DNA from: Eubacteriales bacterium
GTDB taxonomy: Bacteria > Bacillota > Clostridia > Oscillospirales > CAG-382
Length of the DNA stretch: 64,000 nt
NCBI GenBank assembly: GCA_028705495.1
Contig: JAQWDK010000001.1
Span: 159,228-223,227, forward strand
Direction of reading: 5' to 3'
Shown here: positions 1-9,731 of the stretch, one piece after another
Layout of the letters: each line of letters begins with the position of its first letter
Position numbering within the stretch: the stretch's first letter is position 1
The notes under the pieces: generated by a model
The model's database searches: none
Seen by the model: only the letters and a program-made list of their open reading frames with translations
Told to the model about the DNA's origin: nothing
Program-made: the position numbers and the translations under genes

Positions 1-524
1 TGTTCGCGCTCACTTTGCTTTACTATTTTATAAAAATAATTGCACAAACTATCCATTATAATATTGCTCTTCAAGGGCGTTCTATGACCATTTCTGAAGC
101 GGCTGATTAAAGAGGAATCGACATTAAGCGCACGAGCAAGCCTAATGTTTGAAATAGCATACATATTCATAAGGATATTTAATTTATCGCTGAAGAAGCT
201 CCCAGTTATTTGATCGCGTTTTTTTGAATTATTTTGTTGCTTTTCCGTTTCTTCGATTAAATATAAAATCAGCTCGTCTGGCAGATTTTCATGATTTGAT
301 AATCCGCACTCTTGTAGGAGCTCTTCAAGTAAGTTGTGTTCTTTTGCATATCTTATTATGCCTTTGCAGCATAGTATTAGGTGCTTTGATTCTGGACTGG
401 GAATCCTCGCTCCTGAACGGAATCGGCTAATTGTAGACGGGTCAATTCCAGCACTTTTTGCAATATCAGCATTTGTGCAATTTAAGACACGCAAAATTAA
501 ATTGAATTTATCTGTAAACTTCAC
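1..524 (-). CDS. XRE-type HTH regulator, partial (C-terminal part lies outside window)
   Basis: The minus-strand frame is open from GTG at 524 to the window edge; it is absent from the ORF track because it has no stop in the window. The translation VKFTDKFNLILRVLNCTNADIAKSAGIDPSTISRFRSGARIP...ISNIRLARALNVDSSLISRFRNGHRTP shows two repeated HTH-like modules. Confidence 0.55.
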   Translation of the reverse strand, partial: MKFTDKFNLILRVLNCTNADIAKSAGIDPSTISRFRSGARIPSPESKHLILCCKGIIRYAKEHNLLEELLQECGLSNHENLPDELILYLIEETEKQQNNSKKRDQITGSFFSDKLNILMNMYAISNIRLARALNVDSSLISRFRNGHRTPLKSNIIMDSLCNYFYKIVKQSERE

Positions 525-582
525 TTTTATTTCACCGCCTTCTAATAATACCTTATGTTTGTATTATATAAAATGACTTATT

Positions 583-610
583 AAATGTCAATGACAAGAG
601 AAATGTCATT
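583..610. promoter_or_regulatory. Candidate operator: repeated AATGACA/TGTCATT half-sites
   Basis: A TGTCAATGACA palindrome (586-596) and AATGACA-N7-TGTCATT (590-610) lie in the gap between the divergent HTH gene and the 700..1254 ORF. Confidence 0.3.
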
Positions 611-699
611 ATATCTTTGTTATTAAAAATCATATATAGTAAAAATAGATAGAATGAGTTGCGCGGTTGCATACAAATATTTTGACGAGGTTTCTGAAA

Positions 700-1254
700 A
701 TGATTTACTCCGAAAAAGAGTTATCAGAGGAATTTGTGTGGGAAATCAAAGTTCCCATACTGAAAAACAGTTTTATATTAAAGCAATTAGGGTTTGCGGT
801 TGGTATCCCCTTTGGTTTGTTATTAGTTGTCTTAATTGTTGTGAAGGCATATAACGGGTTGTTGCTATTGGGATTAACATTTGGTTTAACTTTATTATTG
901 TTTTTCATTATTTTCAGAGGTACATATGATGTAAGGTATAAATTAGCCCATTCTAGTATCTCTTGTTTTACACAAAAGTCACAGCAGAAGCGTGTGAAGG
1001 TTCTTTCCATCCTTACTGTAGTTTTAGGACTGATAAAGAAAAACCCTACATCAACAGGAATAGGACTACTTTCATACAATAGTATTAAAGTTACAATCCC
1101 TTTTGAAAGGATAAGAAAAATAAAATATATTGAACCAAAAAGAACAATTATTGTTTATGGCGACTTTGCAGAAAATATAGCCGTTTTTTGCACAGAAGAG
1201 AATTATGCTTTTGTAGAAAGGTTTATAAAAACCAGAAGGAGCGAATTAGTGTAA
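700..1254 (+). CDS. Hypothetical membrane protein (2-3 TM)
   Basis: ORF track 667..1254; ATG at 700 follows a GAGG. Hydrophobic segments include GFAVGIPFGLLLVVLIVV and LLLLGLTFGLTLLLFFIIF. I recognise no family. Confidence 0.5.
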   Translation: MIYSEKELSEEFVWEIKVPILKNSFILKQLGFAVGIPFGLLLVVLIVVKAYNGLLLLGLTFGLTLLLFFIIFRGTYDVRYKLAHSSISCFTQKSQQKRVKVLSILTVVLGLIKKNPTSTGIGLLSYNSIKVTIPFERIRKIKYIEPKRTIIVYGDFAENIAVFCTEENYAFVERFIKTRRSELV

Positions 1255-1364
1255 AATTTAACTCAGACTAAGTTCAACGGCGTTGCATTCACACACCTCA
1301 AATTTAGTAAACTTAATTTCATGATTGTTTTGAGCAGCCGCTTCGCGGTAGATTGGAGACTAAT

Positions 1365-2192
1365 ATGAATTGTAATAAATGCGGATCAGAAATCCAAGGC
1401 GAGACAAAATTTTGCACTATTTGCGGGAACCCTATTGATAACAATCCTATTCAAAAAAAGCCTAAAAAGAGAGGATGTTTAATCGCATTACTAATTTTTC
1501 TCGGTATAGTCGCTGTTCTTATTACTTGCGTTGCGATTTTTTTACCTGGCTTTTTTAGACCGAAGGATTTAGGAATTAAAACAAGTAAAGAAGCATATGA
1601 GAGCGCCCTTGTAAAACTAAATTACGAGAAAGACGACGCACCAACTTCAGGTACTGCTGACGACTTTACATATATTTATGGGGATCTGAAAGAGGTTGAC
1701 ACTACTTTAAACAGTGAAGAGTTAACATCGTTTTTTAATTACAACAGACCGAAATACTATGCTTTAAAAGATGTTCAAATTCGAATTAATCCGGATAACA
1801 CTATGGAGTTTTCCGGTGCGATTGATACAGAATACTTTTTAAGCAATGTACTTGGCGGTGAGTATAGTGTAGAAGATATTGAGAAAAACTTTCCTCTCAT
1901 TAAAGCTATACCCGGGTCAGTTAATGTATATGCACAAATTTCCGGTGAAATAGTTGACAACAAATCAGCCGATTTTGCTTTTAGTAACATTGAAGTAATG
2001 GGAGTTGGTCTGCCTTCAGATATATATGAAACAGAAAACGCTAAAGATGAAATAAAAAGCCTTATTGATGGTTTTCTTGAAAGCACAACTGAAAAAACAG
2101 GTGGGACTTACGAGTCAATCAAAATAGAAGATGGAGAACTCAATATAAATGCAAATCTCCCGTCAATGTTAAAACGGGAAGCAAATGAATGA
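1365..2192 (+). CDS. Zinc-ribbon membrane protein
   Basis: MNCNKCGSEIQGETKFCTICGNPI (CxxC...CxxC) is followed by one TM (CLIALLIFLGIVAVLITCVAIFL). ATG at 1365 follows GGAG. Confidence 0.6.
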   Translation: MNCNKCGSEIQGETKFCTICGNPIDNNPIQKKPKKRGCLIALLIFLGIVAVLITCVAIFLPGFFRPKDLGIKTSKEAYESALVKLNYEKDDAPTSGTADDFTYIYGDLKEVDTTLNSEELTSFFNYNRPKYYALKDVQIRINPDNTMEFSGAIDTEYFLSNVLGGEYSVEDIEKNFPLIKAIPGSVNVYAQISGEIVDNKSADFAFSNIEVMGVGLPSDIYETENAKDEIKSLIDGFLESTTEKTGGTYESIKIEDGELNINANLPSMLKREANE

Positions 2193-2940
2193 TATGATTA
2201 CAAACTTTCGAGCTTTTTCATTTCCCCATATAGTTGGTCTTATTGTGCCTTTGATAATCGGACTGCTCTTAATTGGAATGAATAGACGAGCACCGATAGG
2301 TAAAAAGCGTATTGTTAATATTATTTTTGTTTGTATTCTTATAATAGTTCGCGGTTCTCGATATATCATGGATGTTTGGGTTGGCAACTTCGACATTTTT
2401 GATCTTTTCTCTCTGCAAATCTGCCACATAGATCTTATCCTGTTGATAATTTGTTTGATCAGACCTAATAAAGCTTTGTTTCATTTCGTTTTTTTAATTG
2501 GCATACCTATGGGATTAGCAGTAGCTCTTTTTCCAGGGAGTAATCATCCTGCTCCGGGGCTTCCCCGAGCAATTCTGTTCATCATGAGCCACATGATGTT
2601 GGTTGTTGGCGCAATTTATCTTGCGATTGTCGAAAAAATAGAGTTGAAACTTAAATATGTGCTTTCTATAATCGGAATTGCCAATGTTTTGATCTTTGTT
2701 CTTTACTTTATCAACAAAGCACTCGGAACAAACTTTCTTTATATCATGTATGCCCCAGAAGGAACGGTAATTGCAAAACTTGACGCATTATTCGGATGGC
2801 CCGGGTATGTATTAGCAATGGATACAATCGCTGTTACAGTGATTTTGCTTGTATTTATTGTTTATACAGTTGTTCTAAGATTATACGGTTATCAAAGACA
2901 TCTATTCAAAGAAAGAAGGAAAGATTATGATAATGTATAA
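2185..2940 (+). CDS. Polytopic membrane protein, YwaF/TIGR02206-like
   Basis: About 7 TM. The N-terminal FSFPHI and the W-x-G...FSLQICHIDLILL pattern resemble the YwaF-type family. The assignment is by eye only. Confidence 0.45.
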   Translation: MNDMITNFRAFSFPHIVGLIVPLIIGLLLIGMNRRAPIGKKRIVNIIFVCILIIVRGSRYIMDVWVGNFDIFDLFSLQICHIDLILLIICLIRPNKALFHFVFLIGIPMGLAVALFPGSNHPAPGLPRAILFIMSHMMLVVGAIYLAIVEKIELKLKYVLSIIGIANVLIFVLYFINKALGTNFLYIMYAPEGTVIAKLDALFGWPGYVLAMDTIAVTVILLVFIVYTVVLRLYGYQRHLFKERRKDYDNV

Positions 2941-3562
2941 AAAAGCATTTATGCTACTGTTCAGTTTATTTTTTCTAATGTTTATGGCGTCTTGCGGTAA
3001 TGCTGATTCTGTCACTTCGAAAAGCGTCGATACAAATGCGCCTGTGATTGAAAGCATAACACAGAAAAGCGGTACAGGCGGTGATATAATCGACATCTAT
3101 GTCAACTACGACGCGAGCAAGTATGGTAGGGACGATTTTTCCGTTTTGATTGACGGAGTAAAGGTTGAGCTTACAACAAAGTATCTGAGCGGTAAACAGT
3201 TCGAGTTTGCACTTCCGCTTAATCTCGAAGCAGGTAAAAAGTCTATTGCTGTGGAGCTTGGCGGAAAAAAGAGTAATGAAGTAGAGTATGAAATATTAAA
3301 GCCGGAAATTACGTCGATCGATCTTTCAGAGATAAGCTTCATGTATTACAATGAAGTTTCAGTGATAATCGGCGGAAACAATCTCGGATTTTCGAAGGAT
3401 AAAGTAAAAGTAACTTTAAATGAGAGGGAATTAGAAATCGAAACGGTTTATAAAACCGGAATAAAAGTAATCTTAGAAAAAGGAATTTCATCAGGCGATC
3501 TTGTGGTTTATGTAAACGGCAAGGAAATGAAAACCTTCCCGATTACCATAAGTGAATCATAA
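2927..3562 (+). CDS. Lipoprotein with IPT/TIG-like repeats
   Basis: Lipobox LMFMASCGN, then two Ig-like repeat segments (APVIESITQKSGTGGDIIDIYV..., KPEITSIDLSE...VIIGGNNLGF). Confidence 0.55.
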   Translation: MIMYKKAFMLLFSLFFLMFMASCGNADSVTSKSVDTNAPVIESITQKSGTGGDIIDIYVNYDASKYGRDDFSVLIDGVKVELTTKYLSGKQFEFALPLNLEAGKKSIAVELGGKKSNEVEYEILKPEITSIDLSEISFMYYNEVSVIIGGNNLGFSKDKVKVTLNERELEIETVYKTGIKVILEKGISSGDLVVYVNGKEMKTFPITISES

Positions 3563-3589
3563 TGAACGTTTTTGTGGGGAGGGTTATTA

Positions 3590-4270
3590 ATGTTTTGCCA
3601 GAACTGTGGTACGAAATTAAACGAAAGTGTATCTTTTTGCGAAAAATGTGGCGAAGCTGTTGCTCCTTTAACACACGAAGAACAACCTCGCGCAAATGGA
3701 CTGATGGGCTTTTCCTCTAAAATCAGCGATCCGGCGTATTCATCTTATAAAAAGAAGACTGTGGCTTGGGCGTTTATTTTTTCAGGCATACTTGCTATAA
3801 TCGCCGTAATTGCTTTCCCGATTTACGGAAACAAAAGCGGGGAAATAGAATGGCCTGATTCACTCTTTTACGGAATTGGCATCGGTGGTATGTTCTTGTT
3901 AATAGCACTGCTTCAAACATTGAAAAAAGGCTTGGATAAAACATGGGACGGCGAGGTCATATATAAAGACGCTTATACTGTAAGAGAGCGAAATGATAAC
4001 GGAAACCTACATTATCATAAAATGTATGTAATGAAAATTAGAAAAGATTCAGGTGGTACTAAAAAGCATAAATGGAGAGATATACCGGGTGTTTACGACT
4101 ATTACAATGTCGGTGATAGGGTTCGACATCACAAGGGTTTTTCATATTATGAAAAGTATGATAAATCACATGATAACCAGATAATGTGTGCGGCATGTAT
4201 GTCGTTTCTTGATATTGATAAGGATATCTGTCCGAGGTGCAAGTGTCCCTTATTAAAAAACAAGGTTTGA
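3590..4270 (+). CDS. Zinc-ribbon membrane protein
   Basis: MFCQNCGTKLNESVSFCEKCGEAV at the N-terminus, two TM segments, and a C-terminal CAACMSF...CPRCKC second ribbon. Confidence 0.6.
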   Translation: MFCQNCGTKLNESVSFCEKCGEAVAPLTHEEQPRANGLMGFSSKISDPAYSSYKKKTVAWAFIFSGILAIIAVIAFPIYGNKSGEIEWPDSLFYGIGIGGMFLLIALLQTLKKGLDKTWDGEVIYKDAYTVRERNDNGNLHYHKMYVMKIRKDSGGTKKHKWRDIPGVYDYYNVGDRVRHHKGFSYYEKYDKSHDNQIMCAACMSFLDIDKDICPRCKCPLLKNKV

Positions 4271-4332
4271 TTGGAGAAAAGACTGAAAGATAAACCTTTC
4301 AATCAGTAAGCTAGATAAGGGTGATCATAATA

Positions 4333-5688
4333 ATGAAACGCGGAGTATGTCTTCTTGCAGTATTTTTGCTTATTGTGCCATATTTAATGATTTATTCTTC
4401 AGCTGAAGCCGACGATGGTTATTGGACATTAAAAGAAACATTTGTTGACGAAGAAAATTCAAAGCTTGTCGACGATATTGCAAAAGAAAATGAGACTTAT
4501 ATTGCATATAGTTATAAAATTTATCCCGGCGGTGGAAGTATGTCCACGACTACGGATTGGTTCGGATCTACATATACTGTAAAAGCTGCTTTTTCGTTTA
4601 AGATACCGGAGAAAATCAAATCCGGAGAAAAGTTTAACATAGAGCTTAAAGTTTGGGATGACGGCTCTGATAACCCTGACGCTCATATCAGCCATAATAC
4701 TGGCGCAAACGCGTATGTTAAATATGGTGACAGTTGGTCAAGTATTGGTAGGGCCGGAGCATGGACGCAGGATTTCCAGCTTCGTGATAACCCACCTGCT
4801 TCAGCAATGAAAGCTGAAACAGTAACCGAGTTAACTGCACCCGGTAAAGAACAAGGATTTTGCATTTGGGTTGATATTATGGCAGGAAGTTCTCCGGGAG
4901 CTTTAAAAATATGTTATAACTACGAATATATCGATAACAGTACTTCGAAAACAACCGAATCAAAACCTAAAACAGAAGTTTCTAAAAATCCAGATCTTAA
5001 AGATGCAGGGTGTGTATTTTCAGACTTGGGAGGTCAGGTAGAAGTCCTTAATCCGATAGGTTATGACGAAAACGGAGAACCACAATATGACGAGGAAGAC
5101 TGGCATTTTGCAAAAATAGACGAGCCTCGCTATGTAGGAACAAAAATAAAGACCGGAAGCAATTACGCTGATAATAAAAGTATGGCTATTATCAGCTTTG
5201 CTGACATGTCCACTTTTGTTTTGCAAGAATCAACAACAATAGAATTAGTCAGTCCGACAAAAAAAGAAAGCAAAATCAAGCTTGCTATGGGTAATATATG
5301 GGCAAATGTAAAGAAGATGGTGAAGGACGGAACGATGGATGTCGAAATGAGCCAAGCAGTAGCAGGAATCAAGGGTACCATCTTCGTCTGTGAGGTAAAA
5401 TCCGATGGTACCTCGACATTAAAAGTTATAGAGGGAGAAGTGCAGTTTACTGAAAAAGCAACAGCAAAAACAGCTACGGTAAATGGCGGAGAAATGATTG
5501 CTGCAGGACCGCAAGCAGTTTCGTTAACAAAATTTGATATAAAAGCTGAGCACAAAAAGTGGTTAGAGTTCGATCCTAATCTTCCAATAACAAATAAAAA
5601 CAATATAGCAATGCTTGTGGTTTTGTCGGTTTCCGCTGCCGCTGTAATCGTTGTCTTGATTTTTGCTTTCCGGAAAAAATACAAGTAA
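4333..5688 (+). CDS. Secreted/anchored protein with FecR-like domain and C-terminal TM
   Basis: Signal-like N-terminus MKRGVCLLAVFLLIVPYLMIYSSAEA; FecR-type beta pattern AGIKGTIFVCEVKSDGTSTLKVIEGEVQF; C-terminal TM MLVVLSVSAAAVIVVLIFAF. Confidence 0.5.
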   Translation: MKRGVCLLAVFLLIVPYLMIYSSAEADDGYWTLKETFVDEENSKLVDDIAKENETYIAYSYKIYPGGGSMSTTTDWFGSTYTVKAAFSFKIPEKIKSGEKFNIELKVWDDGSDNPDAHISHNTGANAYVKYGDSWSSIGRAGAWTQDFQLRDNPPASAMKAETVTELTAPGKEQGFCIWVDIMAGSSPGALKICYNYEYIDNSTSKTTESKPKTEVSKNPDLKDAGCVFSDLGGQVEVLNPIGYDENGEPQYDEEDWHFAKIDEPRYVGTKIKTGSNYADNKSMAIISFADMSTFVLQESTTIELVSPTKKESKIKLAMGNIWANVKKMVKDGTMDVEMSQAVAGIKGTIFVCEVKSDGTSTLKVIEGEVQFTEKATAKTATVNGGEMIAAGPQAVSLTKFDIKAEHKKWLEFDPNLPITNKNNIAMLVVLSVSAAAVIVVLIFAFRKKYK

Positions 5689-5709
5689 GATCAGAAGAAG
5701 ACGATATTC

Positions 5710-5746
5710 AAACTCCGGTAAAGGGTTCAACCCAATACCGGAGTTT
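5710..5746 (+). terminator. Hairpin terminator candidate
   Basis: An 11-bp stem, aaactccggta (5710-5720) / taccggagttt (5736-5746), lies just after the 5688 stop. The T-tract is weak. Confidence 0.4.
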
Positions 5747-5763
5747 CTATTGGTAAAATATTG

Positions 5764-5791
5764 TTGACAAAACAAGTCTGAATGTTATAAT
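5764..5791 (+). promoter_or_regulatory. Sigma-A type promoter for the ABC operon
   Basis: TTGACA (5764-5769), a 16-nt spacer, then TGtTATAAT (extended -10, TATAAT 5786-5791). Confidence 0.5.
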
Positions 5792-5847
5792 CAAATATAG
5801 TATTAAAATTATCAGATTCTTTAAATACTCAGAAAGGAAGTACTACA

Positions 5848-6735
5848 ATGAGTGTTTTAACAGTAAACCAGTTAAGCCGTGATTATGGAAATGAGAGAGG
5901 GATATTTGATTTAACTTTCCAAGTAAAAGAAGGCGAGGCACTTGGTTTTTTAGGACCGAACGGTGCCGGGAAAACTACTACAATTCGTCATTTGATGGGA
6001 TTTTTAAGACCTGAAAAGGGAAGTTGTTCGATTAATGGCTTAGACTGTTGGAAACACCGGGCTACCATACAAAAAGATTTAGGGTATATTCCCGGGGAGA
6101 TATCCTTTTTTGATGATATGACTGGTAAGGAATTCTTGAACTTTTATTCAAGCTTTCGGAACTTGAAAACAACCAGTAGGATTAATGAATTAATTGACCG
6201 CTTTGATCTTAATACTCGCGGGAAGCTAAAGAAAATGAGCAAAGGTATGAAACAAAAAGTCGGGATTGTTGCAGCTTTTATACATGACCCACAAGTTTTG
6301 ATTTTAGATGAGCCTACCAGTGGACTCGACCCATTGATGCAAAACCGATTTATTGAACTGATTTTAGAAGAAAAGCAAAAGGGAAAAACAATCCTGATGT
6401 CATCCCATATGTTTGAAGAAGTTGAACGAACCTGCCATCGAGTTTGCATTATCAAAGAGGGTAAACTTGTCGCTGTTGATTCGGTTGATTCTTTAAAGGC
6501 ATCCCAAGCGAAAAAGTTTGTCATTACTTTTGAAAATGAAGAGATGGCAGCTGATTTTACGACGAAATGGGAAGAGTCTACATATAGATCAAATCAGGTA
6601 ACACTTATAGCCCGACAAAACATAAACGATATGATTGCTCTACTCAGTACATATTCTATAAGCAATATCACTTCGCCTGAACAAGGTTTAGAAGAAATCT
6701 TCTTGCAGTATTACGGAGGTAGTGAACATGCTTAA
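5848..6735 (+). CDS. ABC transporter ATP-binding protein
   Basis: Walker A GPNGAGKTT, signature-like MSKGMKQKV, Walker B VLILDEPTSGLD. Confidence 0.9.
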   Translation: MSVLTVNQLSRDYGNERGIFDLTFQVKEGEALGFLGPNGAGKTTTIRHLMGFLRPEKGSCSINGLDCWKHRATIQKDLGYIPGEISFFDDMTGKEFLNFYSSFRNLKTTSRINELIDRFDLNTRGKLKKMSKGMKQKVGIVAAFIHDPQVLILDEPTSGLDPLMQNRFIELILEEKQKGKTILMSSHMFEEVERTCHRVCIIKEGKLVAVDSVDSLKASQAKKFVITFENEEMAADFTTKWEESTYRSNQVTLIARQNINDMIALLSTYSISNITSPEQGLEEIFLQYYGGSEHA

Positions 6736-7528
6736 CATTACTTTATATAAGCGCGGAATGCGGGAAAACATAAAAATAATTCTTGCCTTCGCAGCCGTAC
6801 TTACAATGTATTTCACTATAATAGTAACAATGTTCGACCCTACTTTTGGTAGCGCACTAAGTGAGCTTGCGAAAGCTATGCCAGAATTAATGAATATGTT
6901 TGGAATGAATCCGTCTTCAAGCACACTTACTGGATTTATGTCAGCATACTTGTACGGATTCATTATGTTGATATTTCCTATGGTTTTCTCGATAATCTGT
7001 GCCAACCGACTTGTTGCACGTCATGTTGATAAAGGATCGATGGTCTATCTATTATCTGCCCCTGTAAAACGAAAAACCATAGTTTTTACGCAGATTAATG
7101 TACTTATCAGCGGAATATTCATCATCGTGTTATATGCAACTGCTTTAGGGATTGCCGCTTGCGAAAGCTCATTTCCCGGAGAACTTGACATACCGAAATT
7201 TATATTTCTTAATATTGGTGTTTTCGGATTACAGCTTTTAATAGGCGGTATTTGTTTTCTAAGCTCATGTATATTTAACGAAACGAAGTATAGCATCGCT
7301 TTTGGTGCCGGTATACCTGCATTGGCTTATGTGATTCAAATGCTTGCTAATAGCGGTGAAGAACTAAGTAATGCAAAGTATGCAACTTTTTTCACCTTGT
7401 TTAATTCGGACGGCATAATTGCAGGTGATACGGTAACTTATATACAAATACTTGTGCTTTTCTTGACCTCATTTATTTTATTTACAGCTTCTGTTATTAC
7501 ATTTACACGGAAAGATATGCCTATATAA
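6728..7528 (+). CDS. ABC-2 type transporter permease
   Basis: A six-TM protein that overlaps the stop of the ATPase gene (coupled). Confidence 0.7.
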   Translation: MLNITLYKRGMRENIKIILAFAAVLTMYFTIIVTMFDPTFGSALSELAKAMPELMNMFGMNPSSSTLTGFMSAYLYGFIMLIFPMVFSIICANRLVARHVDKGSMVYLLSAPVKRKTIVFTQINVLISGIFIIVLYATALGIAACESSFPGELDIPKFIFLNIGVFGLQLLIGGICFLSSCIFNETKYSIAFGAGIPALAYVIQMLANSGEELSNAKYATFFTLFNSDGIIAGDTVTYIQILVLFLTSFILFTASVITFTRKDMPI

Positions 7529-7539
7529 AATCGAGTGAT

Positions 7540-8610
7540 TCATCTTAGTTTCTTTAACTTTATTATTATCAAAACAACTGCTACCATTAGTACAACCCCG
7601 CCTGCAATGATCCAAGTTATATAACCATCTTTAGAGTTATTATCAGTGGTAACGTTAGACTCATTAATCGAATTGCCATTTGAAACGCTTCCGACGCTTT
7701 CAGCGATGTTTGATTCATCATTATTAGCGCTCTTAGATATCGGAATCAAGAACTGAGCATTTGCCGCCCACTCACCATTTGATATTTCTCTGCCACGCAC
7801 TAATATATAATCCTTATACACTTCTACAGAGTAACCTTGACTGCCGGGTGATTCAGAGTCAGCATCATTCCAAAGATATGCGACTGATGCGTTATTCAAA
7901 TAATTTGCACCTTTTCCGTTACCTGGTAGAAAAGGTTGGATAGAATCAAACTTCCAATGGGTATGCCCTGTAAAAAATAGCAGATTCGGATATTTATCAA
8001 ACAGTTTACGTATTTCAGAATCCTGCGTAACGCCGTGCCAGCTTTGGATTTTGGGATCAATCTTTGTAAGCGTGCCTGAGGTTGTATCTTTGAGAGGTTG
8101 ATGCATAAATACGAAAATTGCGTTTTCGCTTGCCGATGCCTTTTCAAGTGTCTCTTTCAGCCATTTTATTTGATCTGCTTTCAGGTTTGCATATCCACCT
8201 GTCTCATCCGCTTTCGATTGTGAGCCTAAAACAATGAAGGTATTGCCCTCAATCTCTACACTATAATAAGGTGCGGTTGCTCCTGTATATTGCTTAAACA
8301 AATCGACAAGACCGTCGTATGTCTCTCCCTTCCACAAATCGTGATTTCCGAGTGTTGAATATATGTTAGGTAAACCGTTCTTGTTTTTATCAACAATGCT
8401 TTTGAACTCTTTCCATTCTTCCTCATAACCATAATTCGTATTATCGCCGGTTATAAAAATTGCACGGCTATCAGGGTTTGCGTTTAAAATATCTTTTAGA
8501 GCCCTATCAAAATTTTTATTGTATGTATGAGAAGCGTCAGTTGTTATATGCGTATCAGATAAAACATTAAACGAATACAAAAGTTCTGAAGGATTGAGTA
8601 TCTCTAACAA
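7540..8610 (-). CDS. Calcineurin-like metallophosphoesterase with C-terminal TM anchor, probably 5'-truncated
   Basis: Motifs [18 protein letters not shown] and GHTH; C-terminal [20 protein letters not shown]. The only start is a TTG with no RBS and no signal peptide, 7 codons after an in-frame stop. Confidence 0.75.
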   Translation of the reverse strand: MLEILNPSELLYSFNVLSDTHITTDASHTYNKNFDRALKDILNANPDSRAIFITGDNTNYGYEEEWKEFKSIVDKNKNGLPNIYSTLGNHDLWKGETYDGLVDLFKQYTGATAPYYSVEIEGNTFIVLGSQSKADETGGYANLKADQIKWLKETLEKASASENAIFVFMHQPLKDTTSGTLTKIDPKIQSWHGVTQDSEIRKLFDKYPNLLFFTGHTHWKFDSIQPFLPGNGKGANYLNNASVAYLWNDADSESPGSQGYSVEVYKDYILVRGREISNGEWAANAQFLIPISKSANNDESNIAESVGSVSNGNSINESNVTTDNNSKDGYITWIIAGGVVLMVAVVLIIIKLKKLR

Positions 8611-8710
8611 GATTGCTAAATGTGTAGGTTATGATGACCCTCTATACTTTAGTCGTGTCTTTTATAAAAACATAAATATCACCCCGAGCGATTATCGAAG
8701 GATGGAATAA
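8590..8710 (+). pseudogene. AraC-family regulator C-terminal fragment
   Basis: The plus-frame translation ...[39 protein letters not shown] (stop 8708-8710) is the last HTH of an AraC/XylS protein. Sequence upstream of it is occupied by the opposite-strand phosphoesterase gene. Confidence 0.6.
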
Positions 8711-8833
8711 TGACCGAAACAATTATTATTAATTATGGAGGGATTTAACTTTATAAAGTACTTGATTTAATAGTCAATGACCACTATAAACACGAAAAAT
8801 AGGAATTATTGACTATTAATTTAGCTATATATG

Positions 8834-8862
8834 TTGACATTTGGAATTGATGATGCTATACT
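8834..8862 (+). promoter_or_regulatory. Sigma-A type promoter
   Basis: TTGACA (8834-8839), a 17-nt spacer, then TGcTATACT (8854-8862), upstream of the 8907 ORF. Confidence 0.45.
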
Positions 8863-8906
8863 CAGATAAACATTTGTGTTAGTGGAAACCAAGGGAGAAA
8901 CCGTTC

Positions 8907-9536
8907 ATGAAAAGCGGCGACAATGTGCGACAAAGAGCTGACGGTCGATTTGAAGCCCGATTTCATAAGGGAAGAGACAAAAACGGACGGATAATTTACG
9001 GCTTTTGTTATGGAAAAACTTACGAAGAAGCTGTTTCGAATCGTGATCAAGCAATAGGTAAGCTCTCTGTTCCTGAAGACGGAGTTCGCCGAATGAATCT
9101 ACTGATACTCGGAGCCGGTGGTCAAGGCCGTGTTGTGAAAGAGGTTGCAGAAAGCCTCGGTGTGTTTGAAAAAATTAATTTTCTCGACGATGATTCTTCT
9201 AAACTTGATGTTATAGGAAAGCCCTCTGAATGCGCACGCTACCTCGGTGAATACCCGATTGCTATCCCGTCGGTTGGCAACTGCGAGCTGCGTCAAAAGT
9301 GGACTGAGATGTTGGCGAAAGCAGGTTTTATACTACCAACACTAATTTCTCCGAGTGCGACTATTTCGCCAACTGCAACAATTAGCTACGGCACCCTAAT
9401 CGAGCCAAAGGTGATTGTTGGTGCAAAAGCAAAAATCGAACATGGCTGCATCATAAGCTCAGGTGCGATAATTGAACGCGATGCTTGCGTTGAAGCCTAC
9501 ATACATATTGGTTACGGCGCGACCGTGAGGAAGTAG
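8907..9536 (+). CDS. Chimeric ORF: Arm/AP2-like DNA-binding segment fused to a C-terminally truncated NeuD/PglD-type hexapeptide acyltransferase
   Basis: Residues 1-62 (RQRADGRFEARFHKGRDKNGRIIYGFCYGKTYEEAV) look like an integrase arm-type domain. From the internal Met at 9093, MNLLILGAGGQGRVVKEVA plus hexapeptide repeats match the NeuD/PglD family. The ORF stops about 60 aa short of a normal LbH domain. Confidence 0.55.
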   Translation: MKSGDNVRQRADGRFEARFHKGRDKNGRIIYGFCYGKTYEEAVSNRDQAIGKLSVPEDGVRRMNLLILGAGGQGRVVKEVAESLGVFEKINFLDDDSSKLDVIGKPSECARYLGEYPIAIPSVGNCELRQKWTEMLAKAGFILPTLISPSATISPTATISYGTLIEPKVIVGAKAKIEHGCIISSGAIIERDACVEAYIHIGYGATVRK

Positions 9537-9731
9537 AAAAAATATTTACAAAACCACGCTGATGATTTCTATTAATTGTATAAAACAGACTAAACAATAA
9601 AGCAGAGAAGATAGTTGAATTAAATAGAGAGGGTTACATTATTGCTGTATTAATAGCTTGCAGACATAAAAGCAACTTCATTCCGCAGTAGTTTACTCCG
9701 GCGAAAGCCGTACATATATAAGGACGTAAAT

